A stretch of DNA of 64,000 nt from Gemmataceae bacterium (lineage in GTDB: Bacteria > Planctomycetota > Planctomycetia > Gemmatales > Gemmataceae): the NCBI GenBank assembly GCA_022842245.1, contig JALHPZ010000001.1:1-64000 (forward strand), written 5' to 3'. Of the stretch, positions 27,112 through 35,705 are shown in pieces. Position 1 is the stretch's first letter; each line of letters begins with the position of its first letter. The notes beneath the pieces are model-generated. The model did not search any database. It saw nothing but the letters and a program-made list of their open reading frames with translations, and had not been told where the DNA came from. The position numbers and the translations under genes are program-made.

Positions 27112-28338
27112 ATGCGTTATCGACACTATCATCGTATGGCCAATTCGAACACCGCCACCGGCTGCGGATCTTTATTGCTTTTTACATTTATTCTTGGTGC
27201 CTGCTCCGGGCTCTTGCCTAAATCGCCCACTAGGGAGCAGTTGGAAGACGCACGAAATCGAGGCAAGACAGCGGCAATCGATTCTGGGCTAATACAAGGC
27301 GAGCATGATGGATACTGGAAATCTCATGAGGCCGCAAGAAGTGTATCGTACAATGCGAAGCTAAGCGAACTTATTAAGCAGAAAAAATACCGCAGGCCGC
27401 TATTGGCAACGACAACCGTCGTATTGACCTTTGCTATTATTGGCTACGTCGCTCAGTGGATATTTTTGTACATTCTCCGCGTTAGCGGATGTTTCGCCGA
27501 TATCGATTGGATATTACTGCCAAAAAACTTGTCGACGATTGAGCTTACGAAACTCCCCTCGCCCAATAGTACTGCCAGCCGCATATTGCCTTCGATTCTT
27601 TTTACCGCATTTGTCTTGCAATTCGCGAGTTGCAAGAATCCAGAAGATCGCGCATGGCAACAAGGCTATGAAGCAAGTCGCTCAACAGCTTATTTAGAAG
27701 GATGGGAAAAGGGTTCTGCGGCCGGCAAAAAGATTGGTGCCGAAGTTGGAATATTGAACGCTGAGGCAGCCGCCAAGAACGGCACAGACGCCAGTTTTTA
27801 TACCACGCATGCTTATTCAGCATTCCTGTTCGGGGTAACAATTGGACTCTGCCTGCAATACAGCCTGCTGGCAATATGCGGGCATACCGGAAGCATCCCG
27901 GAATTCTATTTGCTACTGGTCGTGCCAGCGGCAAGTCGCAGCTTGTCATATTCAATTATGTTACAACAAAGGCGTCTATTGACATGGTGGCAGAGTCAGT
28001 CAGCAAGGCTGCAAGCAGAAAAGCAATACAAATTAGCACAATTGCAGGCGGTCCAGGATATTTTTATCAAAAAAGCTACAGTAGCACAAAGCATTGAAGA
28101 AGCCGGCCTGAGGCACATTCTTGTTCTTGCTCAGAAAGAGGCCGATGCGATACTTGGTGCAGAGATGGATTTAACTACTGCGGCCCAAGGCCCGGCCGAC
28201 CACCAAAGTCCTTCGGGCAAACAAGTAAGTGCAGCTTGCCCTTATTGTGGCCGAGAAAACAAATACGCGATCTCTGAATCCGGCAAAGTCGCCACTTGCA
28301 TTTTTGACAAGTGTCGAAGGCGAATCGTCCTTCCATAA
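27112..28338 (+). CDS. hypothetical 4-TM membrane protein with internally duplicated N-terminal segments and a C-terminal zinc ribbon
   Basis: 408 aa. Markedly AT-richer codon usage. TM helices (LLATTTVVLTFAIIGYVAQWIFLYIL; ILPSILFTAFVLQFA; AYSAFLFGVTIGLCLQYSLLAI; FYLLLVVPAASRSLSY). C-terminal CPYCGREN...CIFDKCRR. Confidence 0.5.
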   Translation: MRYRHYHRMANSNTATGCGSLLLFTFILGACSGLLPKSPTREQLEDARNRGKTAAIDSGLIQGEHDGYWKSHEAARSVSYNAKLSELIKQKKYRRPLLATTTVVLTFAIIGYVAQWIFLYILRVSGCFADIDWILLPKNLSTIELTKLPSPNSTASRILPSILFTAFVLQFASCKNPEDRAWQQGYEASRSTAYLEGWEKGSAAGKKIGAEVGILNAEAAAKNGTDASFYTTHAYSAFLFGVTIGLCLQYSLLAICGHTGSIPEFYLLLVVPAASRSLSYSIMLQQRRLLTWWQSQSARLQAEKQYKLAQLQAVQDIFIKKATVAQSIEEAGLRHILVLAQKEADAILGAEMDLTTAAQGPADHQSPSGKQVSAACPYCGRENKYAISESGKVATCIFDKCRRRIVLP

Positions 28339-28415
28339 TCTGGCAGGATAAGCCATTATAACATGCGACAGGATTCCAGCAATCAACCGCCACCTGACAC
28401 ACAAGGAGTTGCAAA

Positions 28416-29000
28416 ATGACGGATCCAGAAGATAATAAGACAAAGAATACTGACTGGAGTATTGTCGAGTCTCGTATCAAACGCAGAGAGGCTGAACATC
28501 TGCAGAATGACCTTTTGGCGATTCCTTCGGCAAAAAACCGTGAGTCAAAAAACGACAGTTCGATCGTGCCGCAAGAGATTGCCGTGTCTTTGCCAGATAC
28601 GGAAACCCCGCGTGGTATCATTCAACAATATAGAAAGAACAAGATTGACCGAAAGACAGCTCTGGATGCTGTTCAAGCACAGTACAATGCGCAATTAGAC
28701 GCGCTAAGGTATCAGCTTAAGAGGGCTGTTTCCGTATCAAATGCAAGAGCAGACCATATTGCAGAAGAATTTCTTAAAAAATTAGATTCGGAGCACCTTC
28801 AGGTGCTCAAAGATCTTGGCTTGAGAAACGCAGAGACACGAGCTACAGCCCTTATCCAGGTGCGAGATATGATTGCAGCGAAATTAGTCGAAGTCCAGAG
28901 TAAAAAATGGCCAATGCCGTTAATCGAAAGGACTATTGACGATTTGTTGGATTTAGAAAAGCGAGTCTGTGCCGAAATGATGAAGGAGTTGGGTCAATAA
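28416..29000 (+). CDS. hypothetical coiled-coil protein (island gene)
   Basis: 194 aa, AT-rich, charged and helical. No recognisable motif. Confidence 0.45.
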   Translation: MTDPEDNKTKNTDWSIVESRIKRREAEHLQNDLLAIPSAKNRESKNDSSIVPQEIAVSLPDTETPRGIIQQYRKNKIDRKTALDAVQAQYNAQLDALRYQLKRAVSVSNARADHIAEEFLKKLDSEHLQVLKDLGLRNAETRATALIQVRDMIAAKLVEVQSKKWPMPLIERTIDDLLDLEKRVCAEMMKELGQ

Positions 29001-29046
29001 GCTACAATATTACTTGCAAACGGTCTCAAGTTGGAGGGTCAATGGA

Positions 29047-29396
29047 TTAACTTCTTCGATCCACGTATGTGTCGAAGAACTTGATATATTTCACTCGTCT
29101 CGGCTCGAACCGCTCGTTTTCCATCGCACAAGTACCACGATCGTTGTGCAAGATGCCGATCGTGACTTCCGGTTCGTGGTCGCAGGAGCTGTCTGCCCAT
29201 TCGACTTTGACACCGCCTTCGCGGCCGGGAGTTACGAAGATATCGGTTTGAACGGATCGGCTTTGCATCTTTGCGAGAAGCCTCACGAATTCTTTCGCCA
29301 GCTCGATCGCCTTTGGAAAGATGTGGCGGCCGCATATTAATCCCAGTTTTCGGGCAGCGATTTCATCGCTTCCAGTTGTTCGATCGGCGTCGCCAT
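29047..29396 (-). pseudogene. frameshifted gene remnant
   Basis: ATG 29396 with RBS GAGGGAG gives MATPIEQLEAMKSLPENWD*. Reading continues in a -1 frame as ICGRHIFPKAIELAKEFVRLLAKMQSRSVQTDIFVTPGREGGVKVEWADSSCDHEPEVTIGILHNDRGTCAMENERFEPRRVKYIKFFDTYVDRRS*. Confidence 0.3.
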
Positions 29397-29545
29397 CGGT
29401 ACTCTCCCTCGACAGTACCCATGATACGCCAATCTTGCGTATCGGTCGCCCCCGATCCGGGCAATGACGACGGGATCGCCCGCGACTATCACAGCGGTTG
29501 CGGCGAGTGCGGCCGCGTACGATTCCACACTCCGCGAAGCCAACC

Positions 29546-30034
29546 ATGACCGCCGACGACGTGATCCGCATCCTGAACCTGCAGCCGCATCCGGTCGAAG
29601 AGGGATTCTTCCGCGAGATCTACCGCAGCGACCGCACCGTGCCCGCGTACGGCGGCACGCGTTCGCTCGCCACCACGATCTACTACCTGCTGAAGCCGGG
29701 GCATGTCTCCGAATTACACGTCCTGCCCGGGGACGAGATCTTCCACTTCTACCTCGGTTCGCCGGTGACGATGCTTCAACTGCACCCGAACGGCACGGGA
29801 CGGGAAATCGTGCTGGGACATGACCTGCCCGCCGGGCAGGTGCCGCAGCTCGTGGTGCCCGCCGGCGTCTGGCAGGGGACGCGCCTCGTCGGCAACGACG
29901 GCTTCGCGCTCTTGGGCGCGACGATGGCGCCGGGCTTCGACTACACCGACTACGTCGGCGGGTCGCGGGCCGAGCTGACCGCGCGGTGGCCGGACCACGC
30001 CGACGCGATCGCCCGGCTGACGCCGCGCGGGTGA
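29546..30034 (+). CDS. cupin-domain protein (DUF985/cupin_5-like)
   Basis: ~162 aa from MTADDVIRILNLQPHPVEEGFFRE. Typical of the cupin_5 family. Confidence 0.7.
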   Translation: MTADDVIRILNLQPHPVEEGFFREIYRSDRTVPAYGGTRSLATTIYYLLKPGHVSELHVLPGDEIFHFYLGSPVTMLQLHPNGTGREIVLGHDLPAGQVPQLVVPAGVWQGTRLVGNDGFALLGATMAPGFDYTDYVGGSRAELTARWPDHADAIARLTPRG

Positions 30035-30035
30035 C

Positions 30036-31316
30036 TCACACCATCAGCGGTTTCATCGATTCCGACTTCGCTTCGTCCCGCTTAAGGTCCTCGATCAGTG
30101 GCCAGAGGTCGTCGATGTCATCCTTGAAGAGGTTGCCGATGAGCACGTCGGTGATGAGGCCCTTGCGGTCCGGGTTGCGGCGGACGAGCTTGCCGAAGTT
30201 CAGGCCTTCGTAGAACTCGCAGACCAGCCGGCGCATCCGGTCCATCCCCTTCGTATATTCCGGTTCCCAAGCCCGCAGGCGGGATTCGGACACGTCCTCG
30301 TCGGCGAGCGCGTCGCTGATGCAATCGGCCGCCATGCGCGCGGACGTGAGCGCGAGGAGCACCCCGGAGGAATAGAGGGGGTCGAGGAAGCCAAAGGCGT
30401 CGCCCACCAGCACCCAACCGTCGCCGGCGGCCTTCTTGGCGCGGTAGGAGTATTCTTTCTGCGCGCGGAAGACGTCGCAACGCTGGGCGTTCGCCAGCCG
30501 GGGTTGCAGGCCGGGGCAGCGGGCGACCTCCTCGAAGTAGATCGACTCCAGGTCCTTGGCCTCGCGATTCTGGAAGAGATAGTCGTACCCGGCCACCACG
30601 CCGACGCTCAGGATGTCGTCGTGCAGCGGGATGTACCAGAACCAGCCTTTCTTCCCCTGTGTTTGCAGCACGATCGTGGCGCCTTCGTCCCGTCCGATGT
30701 CGCGGTACGCTCCTTTCCAATAGGTCCAGACGGCGGCCTTCTTCAGCACCGGATCCCACTCTCGCAGGTTCAGGCGATCGATGATCAGCGACGACTGCCC
30801 GCTGGCGTCCACGACGACCTTCGACTTCACGATCCGTTCGGGACCGTCGGCGGGCTTCACGCGCACGCCCACGGCGCGCGAGCCTTCGAAGAGCACTTCG
30901 AGCACGCGGGCGCCTTCGTGCACCGCCACCCCGTGATCGCGGGCATTGTTCAGGAGGGCGTGGTCGAACTCGCTGCGGCGGACCTGCCAGGTCTGGGAGG
31001 ATTCGTGCGGCTCGTGGTCCACGAAGTAGAACGGTTCCGAGAGCTTGCCGCGTTCGTTGACGAACTGCACGGAATACTTCTTGATGAAGTGGCTGCCCTT
31101 CATCTTGTCGAGCAGGCCGAGGCGCTTGAGGGTGTGGTAGGTGTGCGGGATGAGCGATTCGCCGATGTGGAATCGCGGGAATCGCTCGCGCTCGAACAGT
31201 TCGACCTTGTGGCCATTCTGGGCGAGCAGGGTGGCGGCCGCGCTGCCGGACGGACCGCCGCCAATCACAACGACATCGGGGGCACTCATGGCGTCTCCGC
31301 GTTCGGGTGAGTCCAT
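30036..31316 (-). CDS. FAD-dependent halogenase-like oxidoreductase (flavin-dependent halogenase motifs present)
   Basis: 426 aa (alternative start at 31289). GxGxxG in VVVIGGGPSGS. WxWxIP motif in KGWFWYIPL. FxxPxxSxG motif in GFLDPLYSSGV. Confidence 0.7.
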   Translation of the reverse strand: MDSPERGDAMSAPDVVVIGGGPSGSAAATLLAQNGHKVELFERERFPRFHIGESLIPHTYHTLKRLGLLDKMKGSHFIKKYSVQFVNERGKLSEPFYFVDHEPHESSQTWQVRRSEFDHALLNNARDHGVAVHEGARVLEVLFEGSRAVGVRVKPADGPERIVKSKVVVDASGQSSLIIDRLNLREWDPVLKKAAVWTYWKGAYRDIGRDEGATIVLQTQGKKGWFWYIPLHDDILSVGVVAGYDYLFQNREAKDLESIYFEEVARCPGLQPRLANAQRCDVFRAQKEYSYRAKKAAGDGWVLVGDAFGFLDPLYSSGVLLALTSARMAADCISDALADEDVSESRLRAWEPEYTKGMDRMRRLVCEFYEGLNFGKLVRRNPDRKGLITDVLIGNLFKDDIDDLWPLIEDLKRDEAKSESMKPLMV

Positions 31317-31372
31317 AATCTAGCTAGATCATCCTAGTCCACGCGGATTCGCGATTTCCAACAGGGCCGAAC

Positions 31373-33031
31373 ATGCTCGCGACTCTCCTGCTGACGGCCG
31401 GCCTGCTGGCGGCCCCGAACGAGACGGCGTCCGCCGACCTCGTTGTCGTGAATGCCCGGGTCTGGACCGGAAACCCGAAGTTCCCCGAAGCCGAAGCGAT
31501 CGCCGTCAAACAGGGGAAGATCCTGTACGTCGGGTCGACGGCGGCGGTGCGGTCGCTGGTCGGGCCGTTCACGCTGCGCACGATCGACGCGGGCGGGCGG
31601 CGGGTGGTGCCGGGGTTCTTCGATAGCCACCTACACCTGCTCGGCGGCGGTCGGTCTCTGGCGCAAGTCGATTTGAAGGACGCGAAGGACGAAGCCGAGT
31701 TCGGCCGACGCATCCGGGAGTTCGACGGCAAGACGCCGCGCGACCGCTGGCTGCTCGGTGGCAACTGGGACCACGACCGCGCCTTCGCCGGCGCGCTGCC
31801 CACGGCGGCGATGCTCGACAAGTACGCTCCGAACCGCCCCGCCTTCCTCCGCCGCTACGACGGCCACATGGCCCTCGCCAACTCCGCCGCGCTCAAGCTC
31901 GCCGGCATCACCAAGGACACGAAGGACCCGCCCGGCGGTGTCATCGAACGCCTTGCCGACGGTTCGCCCAGCGGCATCCTCAAAGACAACGCGATGGACC
32001 TGCTGGACAAGCTGATTCCCGAGCCGAACGCCGAGGAGATTCGCGAAGCCGTCCTCGCCGCCGCGAAGGCGTGCGCGGCCCAGGGGATCACCAGCGTCAC
32101 CGACATGGACGGCAGCGCACCCGTCACGCGGCGGGCGCTCTTCCGCACGCTTCAGGATCTCGACCGCGCCGGCCAGCTCGACGTGCGCGTCGACCTCCGC
32201 TGGCCCATCGCCGCCGCCAGCGAACTCGCCACGCTCGGCGTGAAGGCGAACTTCGGTACGAACTTCGTCCGCATCGGCGGCGTGAAGGGCTTCATGGACG
32301 GCTCGCTCGGCTCCAGCACCGCCATGATGTTCGCGCCGTACGATTCGAACCCGAAGACCTCCGGCGTGTTCGTCACCGAACCGGCCGCGATGCGGGGCCT
32401 GATCCGCACGGCGAACGATGCCGGCCTCTCCATCGGTATCCACGCCATCGGGGACCGGGCGAACGCCGAACTGCTCGCGCTCTATGCCGAGGCCGGGAAC
32501 GGTTCGCGCCGCTTCCGGATCGAGCACGCCCAGCACCTGCGGCCGGAGGACTACGCGAAGTTCAAGGCCGGGGGCGTGGTCGCGTCGATGCAGCCGTACC
32601 ACGTGGTGGACGATGGGCGCTGGGCGGAGGGGCGCATCGGGGCGAAGCGCTGCCAGTCGAGTTATGCGTTCCGCTCGCTGCTGGACGCCGGGGCCGTGCT
32701 GGCGTTCGGCTCCGACTGGCCGGTCGCGCCGCTCAACGTCCTCGAAGGGATCGACGCGGCAGTGAACCGCCGCACGCTGGATGGCAAGCACCCGATGGGC
32801 TGGTTCCCCGAACAGCGCATCACCGCGGCCGAGGCGCTGCGGGCCTACACCGCCGGCAGCGCCTACGCGGCCTTCCAGGAGAACGAGAAGGGAGTCTTGA
32901 AGATCGGAACGCTGGCGGACTTCGTGATTCTGTCCGCCGACATTCTCGCGGACGGCAATCGCGATCTCATCGGCAAGGCAAAAGTGGACGCGACCGTGCT
33001 GGATGGTCGCGTCGTGTACGAACGAAAATGA
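31373..33031 (+). CDS. amidohydrolase-family metal-dependent hydrolase (Amidohydro_3-like), secreted
   Basis: 552 aa with signal peptide. HxH metal motif (FFDSHLHLLGGG). Conserved ...GIHAIGDRA..., ...FRIEHAQH..., ...AFGSDWPV... segments. Confidence 0.85.
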   Translation: MLATLLLTAGLLAAPNETASADLVVVNARVWTGNPKFPEAEAIAVKQGKILYVGSTAAVRSLVGPFTLRTIDAGGRRVVPGFFDSHLHLLGGGRSLAQVDLKDAKDEAEFGRRIREFDGKTPRDRWLLGGNWDHDRAFAGALPTAAMLDKYAPNRPAFLRRYDGHMALANSAALKLAGITKDTKDPPGGVIERLADGSPSGILKDNAMDLLDKLIPEPNAEEIREAVLAAAKACAAQGITSVTDMDGSAPVTRRALFRTLQDLDRAGQLDVRVDLRWPIAAASELATLGVKANFGTNFVRIGGVKGFMDGSLGSSTAMMFAPYDSNPKTSGVFVTEPAAMRGLIRTANDAGLSIGIHAIGDRANAELLALYAEAGNGSRRFRIEHAQHLRPEDYAKFKAGGVVASMQPYHVVDDGRWAEGRIGAKRCQSSYAFRSLLDAGAVLAFGSDWPVAPLNVLEGIDAAVNRRTLDGKHPMGWFPEQRITAAEALRAYTAGSAYAAFQENEKGVLKIGTLADFVILSADILADGNRDLIGKAKVDATVLDGRVVYERK

Positions 33032-33035
33032 TCGT

Positions 33036-33584
33036 TTACGGCTTCTTGATCTCGATCAACTCCGTCTTCGTGCTCACGTCGCCAGCCTTGCTCACGCTCT
33101 TCACCAGGCCACCCGGCACGTCGTCCGACAACCACGTCTGACCTTCGTGGTTTCCGTCCTTCGTCTTCGTCGTGTACTTCATCCAGGTCGTCTTCACCTC
33201 CATGCCGCCGATCTTCAGCGTTTCCTTGCCCTCTTCCTTCTTCACGTCCGGCGTCTCGATCTTCGGGTCCTTGCCGTCCTTCGGCTTCGGCACGTCGAAG
33301 GTCTTCGGTACGTCCTGCTTCATCGCGGGTGCCTTGAACTCCATGCCGTTGATCTTCGTGATGGTTTCGACTTCGATGACGCACTTGTCCGCGCCGACTT
33401 CGACGAGCTTGGAGACGATCACGATCTCGGACTTCATCTTGTTGAATTCGCTCTCGGTCTTCATGGAGATCTGCGTGCCGGGCTTGAACTTGGACCAGCT
33501 CTTGAAGGCCGGGTTGTCGACCGGATCGGCCGAGGCGGTGGAGACGATAACGAGGCACAGGGTGCTGACGAGAAGCGTTCGCAT
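33036..33584 (-). CDS. secreted Lys-rich hypothetical protein
   Basis: 182 aa. Signal peptide MRTLLVSTLCLVIVSTASA. Confidence 0.55.
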   Translation of the reverse strand: MRTLLVSTLCLVIVSTASADPVDNPAFKSWSKFKPGTQISMKTESEFNKMKSEIVIVSKLVEVGADKCVIEVETITKINGMEFKAPAMKQDVPKTFDVPKPKDGKDPKIETPDVKKEEGKETLKIGGMEVKTTWMKYTTKTKDGNHEGQTWLSDDVPGGLVKSVSKAGDVSTKTELIEIKKP

Positions 33585-33607
33585 CGCGGGAGTCCTTCGG
33601 TGCGGGC

Positions 33608-33640
33608 GAAAAAAAGCCCGGAGGGAGCGTCCCTCCGGGC
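33608..33640 (-). terminator. rho-independent terminator downstream of sppA
   Basis: 11-bp stem GCCCGGAGGGA, loop gcg, stem TCCCTCCGGGC. Followed on the minus strand by TTTTTTTC. Confidence 0.6.
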
Positions 33641-33661
33641 CAAGAGATTATCGGAATCGGC

Positions 33662-35518
33662 TCACTTGAATTCAACGGAGTACGGCAGGAGCGCCTTGAC
33701 GAAGTCCTTGCGCGTGTTGAGCAGCGGGGCGGCCATGCGCAGGGCCTTTTCCATGCCGGGCAGCTGGAGGGCGGAAACTTCCATCTTACCGAACGGCATC
33801 TTGGCTTCGCCTTCCATGAGTTGCTCGATGAAGGACGACGCCTTCGGCAGGATCAGGAGTTCCATTTCCTTGGACGGATCGATGCCCGCGAACTTCTTGG
33901 CGCCGGCGATGGCGTCGTCCAGCGTGCCGAGTTCGTCCACGAGGCCGTTCGCCTTCGCCTGGCGACCGGTCCAGACGCGACCGCTGGCGATCTTGAGGAG
34001 TTTCTCCTTGGTCATGTCGACGCCCGCGGCCTTGCGCCCTTCGACCGCCTTCGAGGTGAACTGGTCGTACACCGCTTCGACGATCTCGGTCATCGACTTC
34101 CGCTCGGACTCGGTCCAGGGGAAGGTGCTGGAGGTGACGCCGGTGTTCTTGCCGCGGGAGACGACTTCGGTCTTCATGCCGCCCCATTCCTCGAGGCCGC
34201 CGGTGACGAGCTTGAGGCCGAAGACGCCGATGGACCCGGTGATCGTGCCCGGTTCGGCGTAGATCTTCTTGCAGCCCATGCTGATGTAGTAACCGCCGCT
34301 GGCGGCGACGTCGCCCATGCTGGCGACGATCGGCTTCTTGCAGTTGATGATCTCCCGCCACATCACGTCGCTGGCGAGGGCGGAGCCGCCGGGGCTGTCG
34401 ACGCGGAGGACGATCGCCTTGACGGTGTCGTTCTTCTCGGCCTGGCGGATGGCGGCGACGATCGTCTCGGAGCCGACCGACTGGCCGCCGAGCAGCGGGT
34501 TGCCGCCGCCCGACTTGCCGGAGTTGATCGAGCCGACCGCGTAGATGACGGCGATCTTCGGTTCCTTCGATTCGCGAACGGTCTTGCCGCCGCCGCCCAT
34601 CATCTCCAGGAGCGCGAAAGGGTTGGACAGGTCGAGCTTCTGCGCCTTCGGCTTGCCGTAGTTCCGTTCGACCTTCACGGCCTTGGCACCGAGGCCCTTG
34701 GCCATCGTGTCCGCGAACTGGTCGTCGTAGACGATGCTGTCCACGAGTCCGAGCGACTTGGCTTTCGTCGCGGTGAACGGGCCTTGGTCAATGATCTCCT
34801 TCACCTTCGCGGCGTCGAGCTTGCGGCCCTTCGCGATCGGGTTCACCATTTCGTTCGTGAAGTTGTCGTCGAGCATCGACTCGATCTGCTCGCGGTTCTC
34901 CTTGCTCATGCTGTCGCGGAGGAACGGCTCGACGGCGGCCTTGTAGTCGCCGACCTTGAGCACGTCCGCCTTGAGCTTCAGCAGTTCGAGCGTGTTCTTG
35001 TAGAAGGTGACTTCGGCGCGCATGCCGACCAGTTCGATGCCGCCGGATTCCGGCAGGGCGATCGCGTCGCACTCGACGGCGAGCAGGTAGGCCTTCGAGG
35101 AGTAGTCCTCGGCATAGGCGAAGACTTTCTTGCCGGTCTTCTTGAAATTGGCGATGGCGGCCCGGAGTTCGTGGAGCTTGCCGTAACCGGCCGAGAAGCC
35201 TTCGAGGTCCAGATAGAGGCCGGCGATGTTGTCGTCCTTGGCGGCCTTCTTGATCCGGCCGAGCATCATGCCGAAGTTTTCTTCGGGCGGGCCGAAGAGC
35301 GATTCGGCCGGGACCGGGGATTCATCCAGATCGCCGCCGAACTTGATGTGGGCGACGCGGACGGTGCCGGCGTCCGCTTTCGCGTCTTTTTTGTCGGCCT
35401 TCTTGTCCGCAGCGGCAGGCTTGGCATCCTCGCCTTTGCCTTTGAACGGGTTTTGGGCGAACGCCGCCACGCCGGACAATCCGGCGGCGAGCGCGACTGC
35501 CGTGAGCCATCGCTTCAT
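33662..35518 (-). CDS. sppA: signal peptide peptidase SppA (protease IV, S49 family, 67K type)
   Basis: 618 aa. Signal peptide. Two S49 repeats with a catalytic Ser context (DVAASGGYYIS) and Lys (GSINSGKSGG). Confidence 0.9.
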   Translation of the reverse strand: MKRWLTAVALAAGLSGVAAFAQNPFKGKGEDAKPAAADKKADKKDAKADAGTVRVAHIKFGGDLDESPVPAESLFGPPEENFGMMLGRIKKAAKDDNIAGLYLDLEGFSAGYGKLHELRAAIANFKKTGKKVFAYAEDYSSKAYLLAVECDAIALPESGGIELVGMRAEVTFYKNTLELLKLKADVLKVGDYKAAVEPFLRDSMSKENREQIESMLDDNFTNEMVNPIAKGRKLDAAKVKEIIDQGPFTATKAKSLGLVDSIVYDDQFADTMAKGLGAKAVKVERNYGKPKAQKLDLSNPFALLEMMGGGGKTVRESKEPKIAVIYAVGSINSGKSGGGNPLLGGQSVGSETIVAAIRQAEKNDTVKAIVLRVDSPGGSALASDVMWREIINCKKPIVASMGDVAASGGYYISMGCKKIYAEPGTITGSIGVFGLKLVTGGLEEWGGMKTEVVSRGKNTGVTSSTFPWTESERKSMTEIVEAVYDQFTSKAVEGRKAAGVDMTKEKLLKIASGRVWTGRQAKANGLVDELGTLDDAIAGAKKFAGIDPSKEMELLILPKASSFIEQLMEGEAKMPFGKMEVSALQLPGMEKALRMAAPLLNTRKDFVKALLPYSVEFK

Positions 35519-35705
35519 GAAATTCGTCCTCGATCGAAGGATGTTTGAACGGGGTACGGGAATGGGTTCATTGTAGGAGACGATTCGACGGGCGCGGGTT
35601 GGCCTTTACGGTGTCTTTGCGATCGTGCTAGCTTTTCGCACCGGCGCGAAGGGAGAATCTCCACCCCCGCCCGTAGTACCCCGTCTCGGCCAGGAAGGTT
35701 TCGCC

